A DNA stretch of 63,607 bases, counting the filler, from Perkinsus chesapeaki ATCC PRA-425 (Eukaryota > Protista > Perkinsozoa), in NCBI GenBank assembly GCA_013115145.1. It is 10 parts of 10 records of this genome, joined end to end, with 100 filler letters (N's around TTAATTAATTAA, not from the genome) between each part and the next. Parts side by side here need not be neighbours in the genome. Positions count along the whole stretch, not along the records: positions 12,633 to 42,540 come from JAAPAO010000448.1; 9 more parts are not named here. One strand, 5' to 3'. The position numbers were made by a program, and so were the translations under genes. Under the pieces are notes generated by a model. It was not told the origin of the DNA. It made no database searches and saw nothing but the letters and a program-made list of their open reading frames with translations. This document shows, piece by piece, positions 26,684-40,149 of this stretch (positions within the stretch are counted from its first letter, which is position 1; each line of letters begins with the position of its first letter).

Positions 26684-27648
26684 TTAATGTTTGCCACCAT
26701 GGGATTTAATATCACATTTAGGAGGGTTACCACTCACAGTACCTTTTTAATAATTTACCAGCCATCATTACCATCATTATTATTATTACCATCAAGCCTT
26801 GTTGTTATACACTCTTGTATAGCCTTTGATAACTCATCTACCTTATCTTCATCTCCCATATTAGTAAACCATACCTCAATTCTAACTGATCCCTGAGGTG
26901 GCCCTCGCTTTGTGTATCTTATTGTTGATAACATTACTATTATTATTAATATTATTATTACAGTTTATCACATAAACGTAGACCGGTTATCATCTCTGGA
27001 TGAGGTAATGCACTACCAATAACAGCTAATACAATATTATTCCAATACCTATATGACTATATATAATATATTTAATCTATAATAGTATTACTCGTCTATC
27101 TGTTTGCCACCGACACTAGGAGCAAGAGAGAACTGTAAATGGCCACCAACAGCATTTAATGGATCCTCCCATTCAGGTTTAACACCCTCACGGAATAGCA
27201 TCATACCTTTAATAATGTTAATCATTAATACTGCTATTAATATTACTTTCAACAACTCTAAGTGATCCATCAGGGCTCTCCCTAACAAAGCGGCATCCAC
27301 CAGTCTCGGCTAATAGTTCACTAGGTTGTGGTACATGCCTCCAATAACGCCAAAACTCCCCCACAGTACCAAAGGTGCATACCTATTATATACTAACCTA
27401 CTAATATTAATAAAATAATACCTGTCTAGATAGATCCTTCCATTCAGCAGCACTTGCCTTTTGATTAGGTTGTAATTGTTCCCATAATACCCAGTTATAC
27501 CTTATTCATACTATTAATTATATATATTACTACTATATTACATAAGCCTCCTATCCTGATCCTCATCACTATCTGATGTTGCTTCTTCCATTAATTTAGT
27601 AGTGAATTCCTCATCAGCTAATGAGAAGTATGGTACTACTCCCGCCAT
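26684..27648 (-). CDS. EIF4E: Eukaryotic translation initiation factor 4E family protein, multi-exon
   Basis: WVLWEQ, FGTVGEFWRYWRHVPQPSE, MLFREGVKPEWEDPLNAVGGH, EYWNNIVLAVIG, ITGLRLCDK, VRIEVWF, terminal KSH. Confidence 0.93.
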
Positions 27649-28002
27649 AATGACAAGGGATGATGACTTGACAGTAAACGATGACGATGACAACAACGAA
27701 GAGAAGTCGATATCGTAAATCTTGAAGACTTATAACACCTTGCCGTACCCTAACGCATCTCCATAATGGTCAAGAATCTTGACTCAAGATCGATATTGCA
27801 TTAGAATGACACGGCCTTATCATAATTTAACGGCTATCAGGGGTGGCGGTGCATCAGTATCGTCATCATCATCTGATGGCTCATCTAATACTGGGCAAAT
27901 GTAATATAATAAAAGTAGACATATCCTAGTAGTTATATAAGATACGTCTCGGCTGATCCAACTGATCATTATGCTACACAAACTGTGAGGTTAATGGAAG
28001 AA

Positions 28003-28503
28003 ATGACAATCGCAAGGCCACATAATAGTACATTATTGGATAACTTTAATCAATTAGAGGTAATACTGTGTATATGGCATGGTAAGATACTGGATGGTAG
28101 TAGGTTAAAGATATTAATGATATGTATGAGTATACTTGTAATAATGATACTAATAGGGTTATAGAACTATTGAATACAAAGGAATGGTGTAGACTAGCTA
28201 TTAATAATAAATATGCATCAAAAGGGAATACTTTATTACATGTAGCAGCTGAAGAGGATAATGCAACATTAGTTAGGATGTTATTACAAGAATATAATGC
28301 TAATCCATTTATTACTAATGATTTTGGTTTAGAGCCAAGCTCAATGGCTGCACCAAATACTGATGTAATAGTTATTATATTATTAAGCTGTATTTATATT
28401 ATAGGCCTTTAAACTATTAGTTGCTGCTGAAGATAGACTATCTGGTGGAGAAAGAAAGATAATAAAGCGTGGTGCAGTTAAAGGGGAATTTAATCTATTC
28501 TAG
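28003..28503 (+). CDS. Small ankyrin-repeat protein, multi-exon
   Basis: KGNTLLHVAAEEDNATLVRMLLQEYNANPFITNDFGLEP. Confidence 0.8.
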
Positions 28504-28626
28504 TAGTATCATGATAACCTTGTAATGTATAAACCAAGGATAAGTAAGCTTACTTGCTACTACATAACCACTGTTGTTAATAACATTATTATTGAGTTAG
28601 TTAATAATAATACATAGTTATATATA

Positions 28627-30666
28627 ATGTCCACTATTACATCAATATTATCCTTATGTCTATTACAATACAGATGTGATAGTACTGAATGTTGGTCAGG
28701 GCCCTTTACTCATGATGCATGTTGTTTACCTGGATGGCCAGGTCAATCCTGGTGTTGGGGTGATGGCAGTGTCTATAACTATAATACATGTTGCAACAAT
28801 AATAATATATTAGTACTAACTATTCGTATATAAGTTTTATGTATCTTATATTAGGGGGATGGTATTGGTGATCCAATATGTTGGTATAATAATGATGGTC
28901 ACCACCCATCCTTATGGACATACGACAATTGTTGTTATCCTTATCCTAACCCATCATGTTGGGATGGTTGGTTTACACCGCAGCGTTGTTGTTATCGTCA
29001 TTTATATCGTAGCTTATTACCATGACAATGATATACCAACATCATCATGACAGGTTCATCGGGAGACTGTGATCGTTCCTTAGAAGCTCGTAACCTATTT
29101 AATGGCCTTGAATATTTCCTATATACTAATATTACTACACTTCAGTTCCTTGAATCTTTAACATATTCATCAGAGGTAAGGCATTAATATGGTATTGAAG
29201 GAGGGGTTATATTAGTAGTATTGGCCATGTGGATGGGCAGTAGCAGCAACAACATTAATGTCTATGGAACAACACAGTTTACTATCATATAATGAAGAGG
29301 AATGGCAAATACTACATCAATTCTATCAACATGTAGTACAATATTCAACATCAATAGGAGAGCCTAAACCCAAAGCATTGGACACACTGTAGTAATTTTG
29401 TAGTGCAGTATAAAGGGAAATGGCAGTAGTAGTATTAGTAGGTATAGTAGGGTACATATATTACGTAATATAGCTTTAAGGCAAGTATTGTCAAAGGGGA
29501 ATAGATCACATATTACTATAGTATTACCTTATTGTGGAGAGGATGTTACATGGTTAGAGGATATACTTATAAATCGATCTAATGAGGTTAGTATATATTA
29601 TACTAATTATACCTATACCAACATAAGACTACAGATTAAACCACTTACTAGCTCCTATGTATCATTAAGAATATACAATAAATGCCCAGATAGAGACCAT
29701 CCAACAACAATGGCTTATCAACTACAGAAGAAGCTGAACAGTATGAACGTATTAAAGGACATAATGGTAATGATAGGTGGTAATGGTGGTGGAGTAGGAG
29801 TTGGGGGTATTAGGTTATACCATCATATGATTGGATAAGAGGAGATGAATGTACAGGTTATTTACATTATATTACATATGAATATAATAATATGAATAAT
29901 AATACATGGACATTATTTATTCATCCAGATACACCGGAACATATGCCTAAGGTGTTAGAACCTATACACTAATAAAAATAATAATCAAGGTTTAGGTAAA
30001 TATTATAATAGATGTTATTAAATGGGTAGTATATGGACTACTGCGAACATTACATCCTAACTTAACATTTATACATCTTTCACACAATCATTTAAATCCA
30101 TTTTGGGCAAAGGCTCATCGGTAGTAACTAATGATGATATAACCATGGTATACAGTAGTATTAGTTATAATAGAGCATTTAAAGAGTTATATGCAGAAGT
30201 AATGAATATAGAATATAATCTATCACCTGATGCTGAGGATATTAGTACATATTGTTGTACACAGCTACTTGTTAGAAATGATGCTATTAAGTAGTAATGA
30301 TAACTTATTACTATTATTCATTATTATTAATGTAGATTAAGAAGTCTTAATTATTATACTACCTTATATAATAAGATGAATTCCATAGATTTATATAAGG
30401 TTGTTACAAGACCATTTGAAGTATTATCAAATGATGATATTAACTCTAGATTACCTTGTCAATTAATGATGCCTTTATGGCAGGTAATATATAACAATGC
30501 CTATTATACACTTATACTGTTATAGGTTATATTCGGTAATGGTGATGATATAAGTACCATAGAGCGGCCATTAGATCCTAATATACCATTATTTATGAAA
30601 ACAGCTAATCTTGATGGTGATTGGGTACAGGCTATACTTGGTAGTAAATTAATGTATGTTACATAA
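28627..30666 (+). CDS. Secreted protein with four CW-x(n)-CC repeats and a DUF3431-like (glycosyltransferase-like) domain
   Basis: Signal-like N-terminus; CWSGPFTHDACC, CWGDGSVYNYNTCC, CWYNNDGHHPSLWTYDNCC, CWDGWFTPQRCC; then IVLPYCGEDVTWL, IYNKC, GDECTGYLHYI, LFIHPDTPEH, CCTQLLV, LWQVIFG. Confidence 0.65.
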
Positions 30667-30883
30667 TGAAGCGGCAGCACCATGTTGTTGATGATGTATA
30701 AAACCTTTCCCCATATTCCGAATAGTGTTAACCAGTGAATAACCTCTTTATCTATGCTATGGCCGAGATCACAAACCGTTATTAATGAGTTAATAACAAA
30801 ACAATCAACATTTAGGCAGAAGCTTTCCAACGCTGGCCAGACGACATTCCACAGTAGATGTTGTTGTTGTTATCATCATCTGT

Positions 30884-31736
30884 CTACTCATCCTCAAATT
30901 GGTCAATCACACCAGACTCGGTGACGTAGATGCCATCCAAGAACTTACGGATATCCTTATGACGGACAAGGGTGGATTGATGGATAAGGGCGGCTAAAAA
31001 AGGGAATAGTATGTATAATTAGGGTTAGCAACAACAATGTCTGCTTATTACCAGAGCGAGAAACAAGCTCCAAATCAGCACCCTCAACGATAACCTCATC
31101 CTTAACATCATCGGACTTCCTCACAGTAACACCGGGCATCATGTCAACAGTACGGACAACCTTCTCACCCAAGAAGTTACGGATCTCGATAGTGGAACCG
31201 TTGTTGGTAATGTTGGAGTTGATGGGGAAATGTGCATATACGAAACGGAGCTTGTACTGGTATCTCTGTAAAAAGGGAATAAATAATATCAATAGAAATA
31301 TTAACCATTACCTGACGAACACCGACGATCATGTTCTCGATATGAGAGCAGACAGTACGGATGCAGGCCTTGCTCTTGGTTAGACCGAACCACATCTCAA
31401 CGGTGATTCTCCTGCCATCATCAACCAACTTCATATCAACAGGGATATGACGGAAAGTTCTCTCGAGCTTGCCGTACTTGCCCGAGACAACGATGTGACG
31501 GGACTTAAGGGTAACCTTGACTAAAAAGGAAAACAACAGTAGATGAGATATAATAAATATAGGTTAATAATAACAACGACAATCAATAATTGAGGGAGTG
31601 TGATGATACAATTACAAAAGTAGGGCAGTATCATTTATGATGATAAGGTAGGGATGATTGGCAAAGTATCCTCCTGTCCCTTATTATTACCATCCTCAGG
31701 AACGTCAATGTCAATCTGAGAGTGGATAGTCTTCAT
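30884..31736 (-). CDS. RPL9: 60S ribosomal protein L9 (uL6), multi-exon
   Basis: [15 protein letters not shown]|V...GKLERTFRH...[16 protein letters not shown]...[13 protein letters not shown]...IRNFLGEK...VSRSAALIHQ...[12 protein letters not shown]. Confidence 0.96.
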
Positions 31737-32183
31737 GAGGCCTGATGCTTCTGTACCAACGCGGCTTCGGGCGCCTGTTAGGGATTTCTATATACATAAT
31801 CGATCAGCTACGGGCGAGCGAGATTTACACAATTACCCGTGCGCAGAATTTTGCATCATCATCATCATCAACATCATCGTCTGTAGATTCTACAGCCCGT
31901 TGATAATATGCAGTTGTATGGTGGTAGTTGAATTGTGCTGTTGTATTTGAATAATATCTCGTATAAGTCATTGAATCTCTAACAACCCCATAACAAACGC
32001 AACATGAGGATTAGAACAAGAATACACTCACTTTAATGGTTATCAACACTTCCGCCCTTACTGTTGTCGGCTATAGTAGCAGCACAAGTAGTACTAAATG
32101 AGATTGTTATGTATGTAAACAAGAATAATCTCTCCATATTTGGTCATCAATACTTATGCTCGAGGACCAGCAATTATTCTTAT

Positions 32184-34784
32184 TTACTTCTTTCTTGATT
32201 TACCACTATCATCATCTACCGCCTTGTTTCGTGATGATGATGATGAGGATGGTGGTGGTGTTGTTGTTGTCGGAGCAGGGTGGTGATGTTTACTAACATT
32301 ATCAGTATTATCGCTCACTCGGCGATTGGCCTTTTCAGTTCTGTGATAATCTTCCTCTATATCATTATTAACCTTATCACCACCATCACTACCATCCTGA
32401 TGATGCTTGCTGTTGTTGTTGTGGTGATGCTTGACATGTCTAGGTTCGGAAACCGTCCCCAAATTATTTAAAGATTGTGACCTTCGCATACCACTAGGTC
32501 GACCAGCATAGCATGGCATAAATGCTTTGGACCAAGCCTTCTTAGCTGAAATATACAACAAGAAGGACCATTAATGGTGGTGGTGTAATAGTATTATTAT
32601 TATTACCAAGTCTAAAGGGGCTTAATACTACATCACGTTTACGCATCTTAACCTTCCGAGTAACGAGAACCTGGTCAACGTAAACATTAACCTTACACCT
32701 CGAGTCACATGAGATAATAAATGAGGTGAATGATTCCTAGATGATTACTAGATGGAACACAAACCAGACGAATAAAGGTATAATGTGGCTAGGCAACCAC
32801 CATCACCATTATCATCATGTAAATTAATAATAGTAATTTCTATAATGATGATGCGATGATGATGATGTGGATGATGAGGATGAGACCTTAGTCCATATTA
32901 ATACCTTATCTGTTTTACCATTATCTCCTTTTTTATCAATAGCATCTACAACCTCAACAACAGATACAACTTCATCAGATGAGGATGATGATGCAGCATC
33001 ACTATCAAGTTCCCATCTATAATAAGAATACATCCTCCTTAATGGCATTAGTTGTAGTTAGTCTTACGTGTATGAGTGACAGCTAACAAAGTCCATACTA
33101 TCAGTTGAGCTTATTCTTGACATACGCTTCTTAAGTTGGCTCATTACCGCCGTTTGTTGAGGTATCTCCTCATCCGGTGCAATATAATCAGCCCATACAG
33201 GAGATAAACACCTTAATAGATAATAAGAGTTATCAAGACGGCAGCTGATGATTATTATTATGATGTTAGTTTACCTATGTGCTATAAGAACATCCATAAA
33301 GTATTCATCTTGTTGATCCTTTATTATAACATGGATTGGTTGATGTCCCGTAAATGTGCATAACGATGTACCTAAGATATTGGAAGTAAAGTATTGGTGT
33401 GGTAGATAATAAGTAGAATCCTTACCACTGACGACAGGTAAATTACGGAGGTCCCAAGTGACAAAATCAATGTACCTGTATTATTATTAATAATAATTAC
33501 AACACCATTATTAAGCATATTGATATTATTATTATTACATCGAGTAGTAGCAAAAAGTATATATATGTTCAGTATCGAACATATAATCATGTGTCACTTT
33601 ACCTATTATTAAACAACGACGACATTTATGTCTTGTTGTTGTTGTTGATAATGGTTAATAATAATGATACTACCAGTAAGAGGCTTATCCGAAGCTATAT
33701 CTGGGAGTTCATTAGCAGGAGTATCCAAGTCAGAGACTATACACTAAAGTTGAACATGATTGGAGTTATTGATGTTAGTGGTATTATTATTAAGTATTAC
33801 AGTATCAGCACTGACTAAAGGGAAGGTAAAGTATGTATTCTTTGTAGGATCCGGATTAGGATAGTTAGCTATATTAAATAATGACACGTATTATTATATT
33901 GATATTATTATTACTTAAGAGCATAGTTCCTCTTGCTGCTGCTAAACGTGTTGCAATTGATAAAACAAGGCGTACTCCTGATTTAGCTACAAAACCTAGT
34001 TCAGGAAGGGGTTGTGTTGCCTCTATGCCAAAAAATAATGCAGAACCTGATGATTATTATTATTATAACAACACTATACTGCCCAATGCTGTTGCTGGTA
34101 GGGGATGATATAATCTCACAGTACTTGGCTTCCTCTTAAAGCGTCCTTGCCATCGAAGCTCCCATCGCCTGCGTTTCTTGCCCATATATCCCGAATAAGG
34201 AAATGGACCATTTGGGTCTGGTGGACGATGTATCACAACCTAGTATATTATTATTGATAAATATTGATAATATACTATTATTAATAATTACTATTGTCCC
34301 TTCAAAGTTGTCACTAACAATCGGGAAGCTTTGAGTAGCATCAATAGCTGAAAGGGGAAAAGATTAAGAAGAACACCCTGTTAATGACAGTAAGGTCAGT
34401 TGCAGCATCAACCATAGTCAATACTATCATCATCATCATCACTTACGTATCCGTGATTGTTGAGGTGGTAGTTCTGATGGCTCAGTATCGCCCCGCTTAG
34501 TGGCCATAAGGTCATACCTAATAATAACCTTTGATATATAGATAGTTTATTAAACCTGACTACATAGCCGCATAAGGTGTAAATGATGGATCTCCTTTAG
34601 GGAAATCCGCTCGTCGTCCACTATTATTATTTCCTTCCTCTTGAAGAGGTGGTGTGACAGCCGCCGGGCTGGTAATACCACTACCGCCCCCTTCAGGAGC
34701 AGGAGTAGGATGGGAAGAGTCGGCTGCTGCTTCAGCTGTAGAAGGCTGCTTTGGGTCCTCTTGATGACTCATAGTAGGAGACAT
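32184..34784 (-). CDS. DUF1769-like domain protein, paralogue B, multi-exon; ends approximate
   Basis: FPIVSDNFEG, VVIHRPPDPNGPFPYSGYMGKKRRRWELRWQGRFKRKP, YTFAFHSMYLDFNRWEL. Confidence 0.6.
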
Positions 34785-35169
34785 AATAGTGACAAAATGT
34801 ACAACTCCTACTACATAGCAATAATGTACGAGAACCGTAGAAACAGAAATGCATGTTATGTATGAACGGAAACATGCTGAAACAATGCTGACGCCATTGA
34901 AGGTAGGTGTGGATATATTAATAGCCAGTAGAGTACACATCGGCAGTGGGATTAAGGGATAGGTACCATGTGTCTGTCAGATGATCATCGGTTTATAATA
35001 CGATTTGGTCATTGTCAGCTGTTGGTAGCATATGTTACCGAACGTGCTGGTAATGTACTAGATGACGAGGATGCTGTAGATGCTTGGCCCACTGAGGGGA
35101 GAATGATCTAATAGGAATAGTTAAGTGCATACAAGCGCAGGGTTATAACCTATGAGCCGATAGAATATT

Positions 35170-37099
35170 GATATAATTAGTGCCACTATCACCATCTCGC
35201 ATGATTATATGTATAGGTTGTGGACCAAGTAGTGTACAAAGAGACGTACCTCAAGCGATGATGATGATGATGATGATATGAGATACCACAACTACAATAG
35301 GAGGCCTACCACTTATTGCTGGGAGATTTCTCAAGTCCCATGTGACAAAGTCGACAAACCTACCAATGATAGAGATCCAGGCATTTAACATGGCCCTCTC
35401 TTACATTGACCAATAACAGAAGGTATAAACATGCTCAGTGTCGAACTGATGACCAGCTGTAACCTTACCTAACATACCCGAGTATATGTAAAAAGCATAA
35501 ATGACGAAGAAGCTCTGTACCATATATTCCTTCATCAGCAGTGATATCTGGTAACTCATGCTCTTGATCGTGTTCTATAACCTATATGGTAACAGTAAGG
35601 ATATTGGTACCACCACTCTACCTACTGTATCGGCACTAGTAAGAGGGAATAAAAACCATGTTCGAGTAGAGTCATTGTCATCATCTGATGTATTAGGAAA
35701 GTTACCTATTTATACTTAACCTCAACTAGCAGCAGCAAGCTGGAACAATAACACTGCCTTACTTATAAGCTCTGATCCACTAACTGATGCTAAACGCTTA
35801 GATATTGACATTAGAATCTTCGCCGCTAACCAGAATAAGTATTGTACATACTAGATAAGAACCCTTCTCACTTATTCTTGCCATTATGTTTAACTTCGGA
35901 GTAGGCTGATAACCTTCTATACCAAAATACAGTTTTTTACCTTATCAGTGATAAATACTATGTCGGGCTATTGAGAAATATCTAACCTGGTGGCTTGAGG
36001 AACCTTCCTTGCCATCGAAGCTCACAGCGCCTAAATATCATACATTAACGCAGTTCATACTTCCCTACTATGTTAGACCTACACTTTAGGACATGTACTC
36101 ATAAACTTCCTATATGGAAACAACTTAACAGTGCTATCATCAATTGGTCGGTGTATGACTACCTATACTAAGGTGATGATGATAGGGTGTGATTAAGAGA
36201 AGAATATATACATACAAGTTGGCCGATGAAATTATCATTCTTTATTGGTATAGCAACAGTAGTATTAATACCTGAAGAAAGGATATATAATACTACTAGA
36301 TAGATAATAATAATAACCTAACCTAATCGCATATTTGGATGAGGTAGATAATGACTGTGGAGTAACTCATCTTTATGGGATAGATTACTAACATCATACC
36401 TATCATCTGATGATGATGAATGTACATTATAAATGGCTGTTATGCTGTTATTACAGTCCAGCATATTCATCAAATGAAGTATCCCCAGCAGCAGCAGGTA
36501 TTGGGATATTGTAGTAGCTGAAACGACTATTATCATTGTGGGAGCGCCAACTACTATCTGAAGAGACCACACCACAACTTGTTAAAATAATGAATAATAG
36601 CATCTAGTGATAATACCATAATACGGTTTAATGAGGTTCAGATATATCCCTAGACAGGACGCAGATACTCGATATTTCATTGCCTCCCATACATCCCCAT
36701 AACGTGTTTGACTGATGCCTATTGTTAAAGGTGATGTATAGGATGATGATGATACTTGTTGAAAAGTATCGCTTGCTACACATTTGAATGTAGAGGATGA
36801 TGATGTTGATGCTGATGGTGTCATATTGGAACTACCATATATAAGTGGCAAAATTTTATTAGTAGAATACTAACTGTGGTGAATAAAGTACCTTAGCGGG
36901 CCAGCCCCCCTTTATAACTCAGATACCTGACCAAACTCCAGAGACTGAACCTCCAAAACGTCAGTTTAGGAGAATACCGACGATGACATCGGAGTGAGCG
37001 GGATGGCCCAACGACCATCCATGCATCTACGTCTACTGCTCTTATTATATGCTGCCCGTTTCGGTGGGATACCGCTACAATGCTAATGGACAACAGCAA
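35170..37099 (-). CDS. DUF1769-like domain protein, paralogue A, multi-exon; ends approximate
   Basis: FPYRKFM, RCELRWQGRFLKPP, FDTEHVYTFCYWSM, FVDFVTWDLRNLP. Confidence 0.55.
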
Positions 37100-37285
37100 T
37101 ACGATAAGCCCTTAGGTATGGGCTATGAGATGATCACCGAATAGAGAGTGACACATGACGATGATCAATGAGATGGACTAGTTAAAATATGAGTGGTAGA
37201 ATATATGGTATGGAGTCGGGACAAAAGTTTGTGATAATAGTTGGTCTGTTATTCCGAGGTAGTTGTTGAAACAACAGCACCGAAA

Positions 37286-38713
37286 TTATTTATTGACACC
37301 CTCTACCTGGGTACCGATGCGTTGAATAACCAGCCAAGTAGTTGGCATACCAAATAAGAATAGACCCCAACATATCCAAAACTGGGTGGAATAGGATAAT
37401 CCTAATTCTGGAAGATCCATAGCCCAAGCTATAGCTGCGCCAAGGGATTGAATACCTTTATAGAACCCAGTATATCTAGCAGCTAATGTTGCATTATCAG
37501 CTGATATAGCACCCATAATCCAATAAGAGAATGTTTGAACAATAGAATCACCATAACCATATAACATATAAACAATACATGGATACCAATAATAAGAATG
37601 TGTTAAATCAATCTTATCTACATCACTTATAACTTTATTATATCTATCATAACCACCTCTATAACCATATTGAAGGTAACATCCTAAACCATATATAATA
37701 TTAAATACAATAAATACAAACCAGAATCCAATGATTCCACGAGATCTTAATGTTCTCTTTGGGTTATCAAGTAACATTCCACATGTCCATGCTCCTATCA
37801 TTTGAGATAACCAATATAATGCTGAATTAAGACCACGTGTTCTAACTGTAAATAAAACCCCATTAACGCCATTAAAGACGTATGTATAGAAGTAGTTGGA
37901 ACCGAAGAATAGGATAAGTAGCATAAGCATATTCTTATCAAGTATAACAGAAGCTGCATCGGTGAACTCTTCTTTAACTCCTTTTTGTGGAGCAATAACC
38001 GCATGACTGCCATTTTCTAAGACAACATTCGATGGATTCCTTAATAGGAAGAATGCCGATAAAGAGCCAATAATCATAACAGCAATAAATACAAAGTATG
38101 ATGCTGGATTGGCTGTATCAGTTTCTGTGTTGAAGTTGATGGCAAATTGTAATATTCCTCCAACAAAGCCACCCAAATTGAATATAATCCAGAAAGTGGC
38201 AATATAATGACCTTTACGATCCTGAGGAGCATAAGCCATCATTAATGCACCTTGTGCAGTCCAAAGCCATCCTGCACCAAATCCTAAGATAGCTCCAGAT
38301 AATATAAATAACCAACCAGTACCAGCAATATGACCTGATATATACGCAGCTGCAGCATAAAAGGCATAAGTGAATCCACCACAACCCATAAGGATTTTTG
38401 GTCCTAATAGGTTAAAGAAGAATCCACCAAAATAACCGAATATAGCAAAGGTGGCATACAATGCAGTGTTTGCTGCGTCATTTGCTGAGGAGTTAGCATT
38501 TCCTGCCCCTCCCAGGCCCGTTAGTGCACAGAAAAAACCAACAAGGCAAAAGCAGATAAATCCTGTGACGAGAACCTGAGTATATCCTCTATTGATGTAT
38601 GATACATTGCGTAGGGCTTCTTCATCTGCTAGAGCTGCCGCTTCATCAATGACTGTGTCATCTGTTTTTACTGTATCATCTGATCTCACTTCCCTTATAC
38701 AAGGGAATGACAA
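37286..38713 (-). CDS. UNC93-like MFS transporter, copy 1 (single long exon; no in-frame ATG at the ORF start, so an upstream exon is likely)
   Basis: About 11-12 hydrophobic segments; GFFFNLLGPK, LWTAQGALMMAY, RYTGFYKGIQSLGAAIAW. Confidence 0.85.
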   Translation of the reverse strand: MSFPCIREVRSDDTVKTDDTVIDEAAALADEEALRNVSYINRGYTQVLVTGFICFCLVGFFCALTGLGGAGNANSSANDAANTALYATFAIFGYFGGFFFNLLGPKILMGCGGFTYAFYAAAAYISGHIAGTGWLFILSGAILGFGAGWLWTAQGALMMAYAPQDRKGHYIATFWIIFNLGGFVGGILQFAINFNTETDTANPASYFVFIAVMIIGSLSAFFLLRNPSNVVLENGSHAVIAPQKGVKEEFTDAASVILDKNMLMLLILFFGSNYFYTYVFNGVNGVLFTVRTRGLNSALYWLSQMIGAWTCGMLLDNPKRTLRSRGIIGFWFVFIVFNIIYGLGCYLQYGYRGGYDRYNKVISDVDKIDLTHSYYWYPCIVYMLYGYGDSIVQTFSYWIMGAISADNATLAARYTGFYKGIQSLGAAIAWAMDLPELGLSYSTQFWICWGLFLFGMPTTWLVIQRIGTQVEGVNK

Positions 38714-39143
38714 AGTCTACCAAAAATATGATACAGTTGTGGTAGTATTGCACGAGAAAATAGTCTGAAAACAGCAGTAATGAATATACATATCTCAACG
38801 CTGTGATAACCTCAATAACACTACAAGGCTGTAAGGATATAATGATATACAACAACATAGAGCGTAGACAGTCATGCTACTGCTACTGCTGCTGCATCAT
38901 GCATAAAAGATGACACTATCATGTAAAGATATGGTGATGATGATACATGTTATTGTTCTTGTTGTTGCGGCAATTGTCTCGATATCGGTATGGTATCAGT
39001 GGTAATGTACGAGAGATAAGATAGTGAGGAGGAGGAGGTGATAAAAGGCTATTTAACTAATCTATAAGATGCATCTCTAATTATGTTAGCTTTAACTACA
39101 GGCTGCTGACTTCCACTGCATTGCTCACTTTATTGATACAATA

Positions 39144-40143
39144 TCATATCAGTGCCACAGCAGCACAACAGTTGTCACGTGAACCGGAGGATACAGCGAG
39201 CTGTACCTTAAAACATCGCAGAAACTACATCACAGCATCGATGACCTGTCTTTTACGGTGATAGTTTAAAGTTAGATGAAACAGAGTTGGAGACACTTAC
39301 CAATCCTTCTGATACTGATACTGCTGCATTGTCCCCTGCATCATCATCTTCTTCTTTTTGCTTTATATGCTCTAATACATATTGTGCTACATCTTTATCA
39401 CTTAATACATCCCAAACACCATCACTAGCCCCAACAATTATAGAGCCTTTAATAACTTCTTTTTTAATAGTAACACTTGGTTCTGATATAACCCCATCAT
39501 TTTTCAAACACCAATCCCCTAATGCCCTACTCACAGCCAACTGTCCACCTACCCTACCAAACAATACAACACCTCCACCATTCACTATACGATCGGTTTC
39601 CATAGCATTAGTAGTTGGACGATGATCTTGTGTAAGTCTACATATTATACCACTAGGTGATATAAGTATAGCTCTACTATCCCCAACATTACCACATATC
39701 ACTGTGTAGCAACAACCACCACCATTCTTATTGGATTTATTATTCTCTTCTTTTATAAGAATGATAGTGGCAGTAAGACCATGTTGCCATGCAAAAGGCC
39801 GAAGCACTTCATCCATTACCGAGAATGCCTCACACAATGACGCTTTGATAGACTTCTTCTTCTTCATCATCTTCTTTTTCTTATCTCCTCTGCTAGATAA
39901 GGTAGACAATAGACCACTAAATCCATCTGCTATTATTTTAGGGAATTTATCAATAACTGTATCGATAGCCGTCCTTCGACCACCATGTCCATCTAATACT
40001 GCTATAAGGGAAACTCTAGGTCCTAGAGGTGAGATGAATGATGGATTATATATATGACCATCTTCCATTGTACGTCTATGTGGGGCATTCTGTGTCTCAT
40101 AATAAGAGAACATCTTCACAGGAGGCCATGACATAATTGTCAT
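39144..40143 (-). CDS. PP2C/PPM-family protein phosphatase
   Basis: RRTMED, VLDGHGG, GNVGDSRA, DHRP, LAVSRALGD, ASDGVWDV; last exon spliced in at ~39207: VQLAVSSGSRDNCCA. Confidence 0.92.
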
Positions 40144-40149
40144 GTCCTA

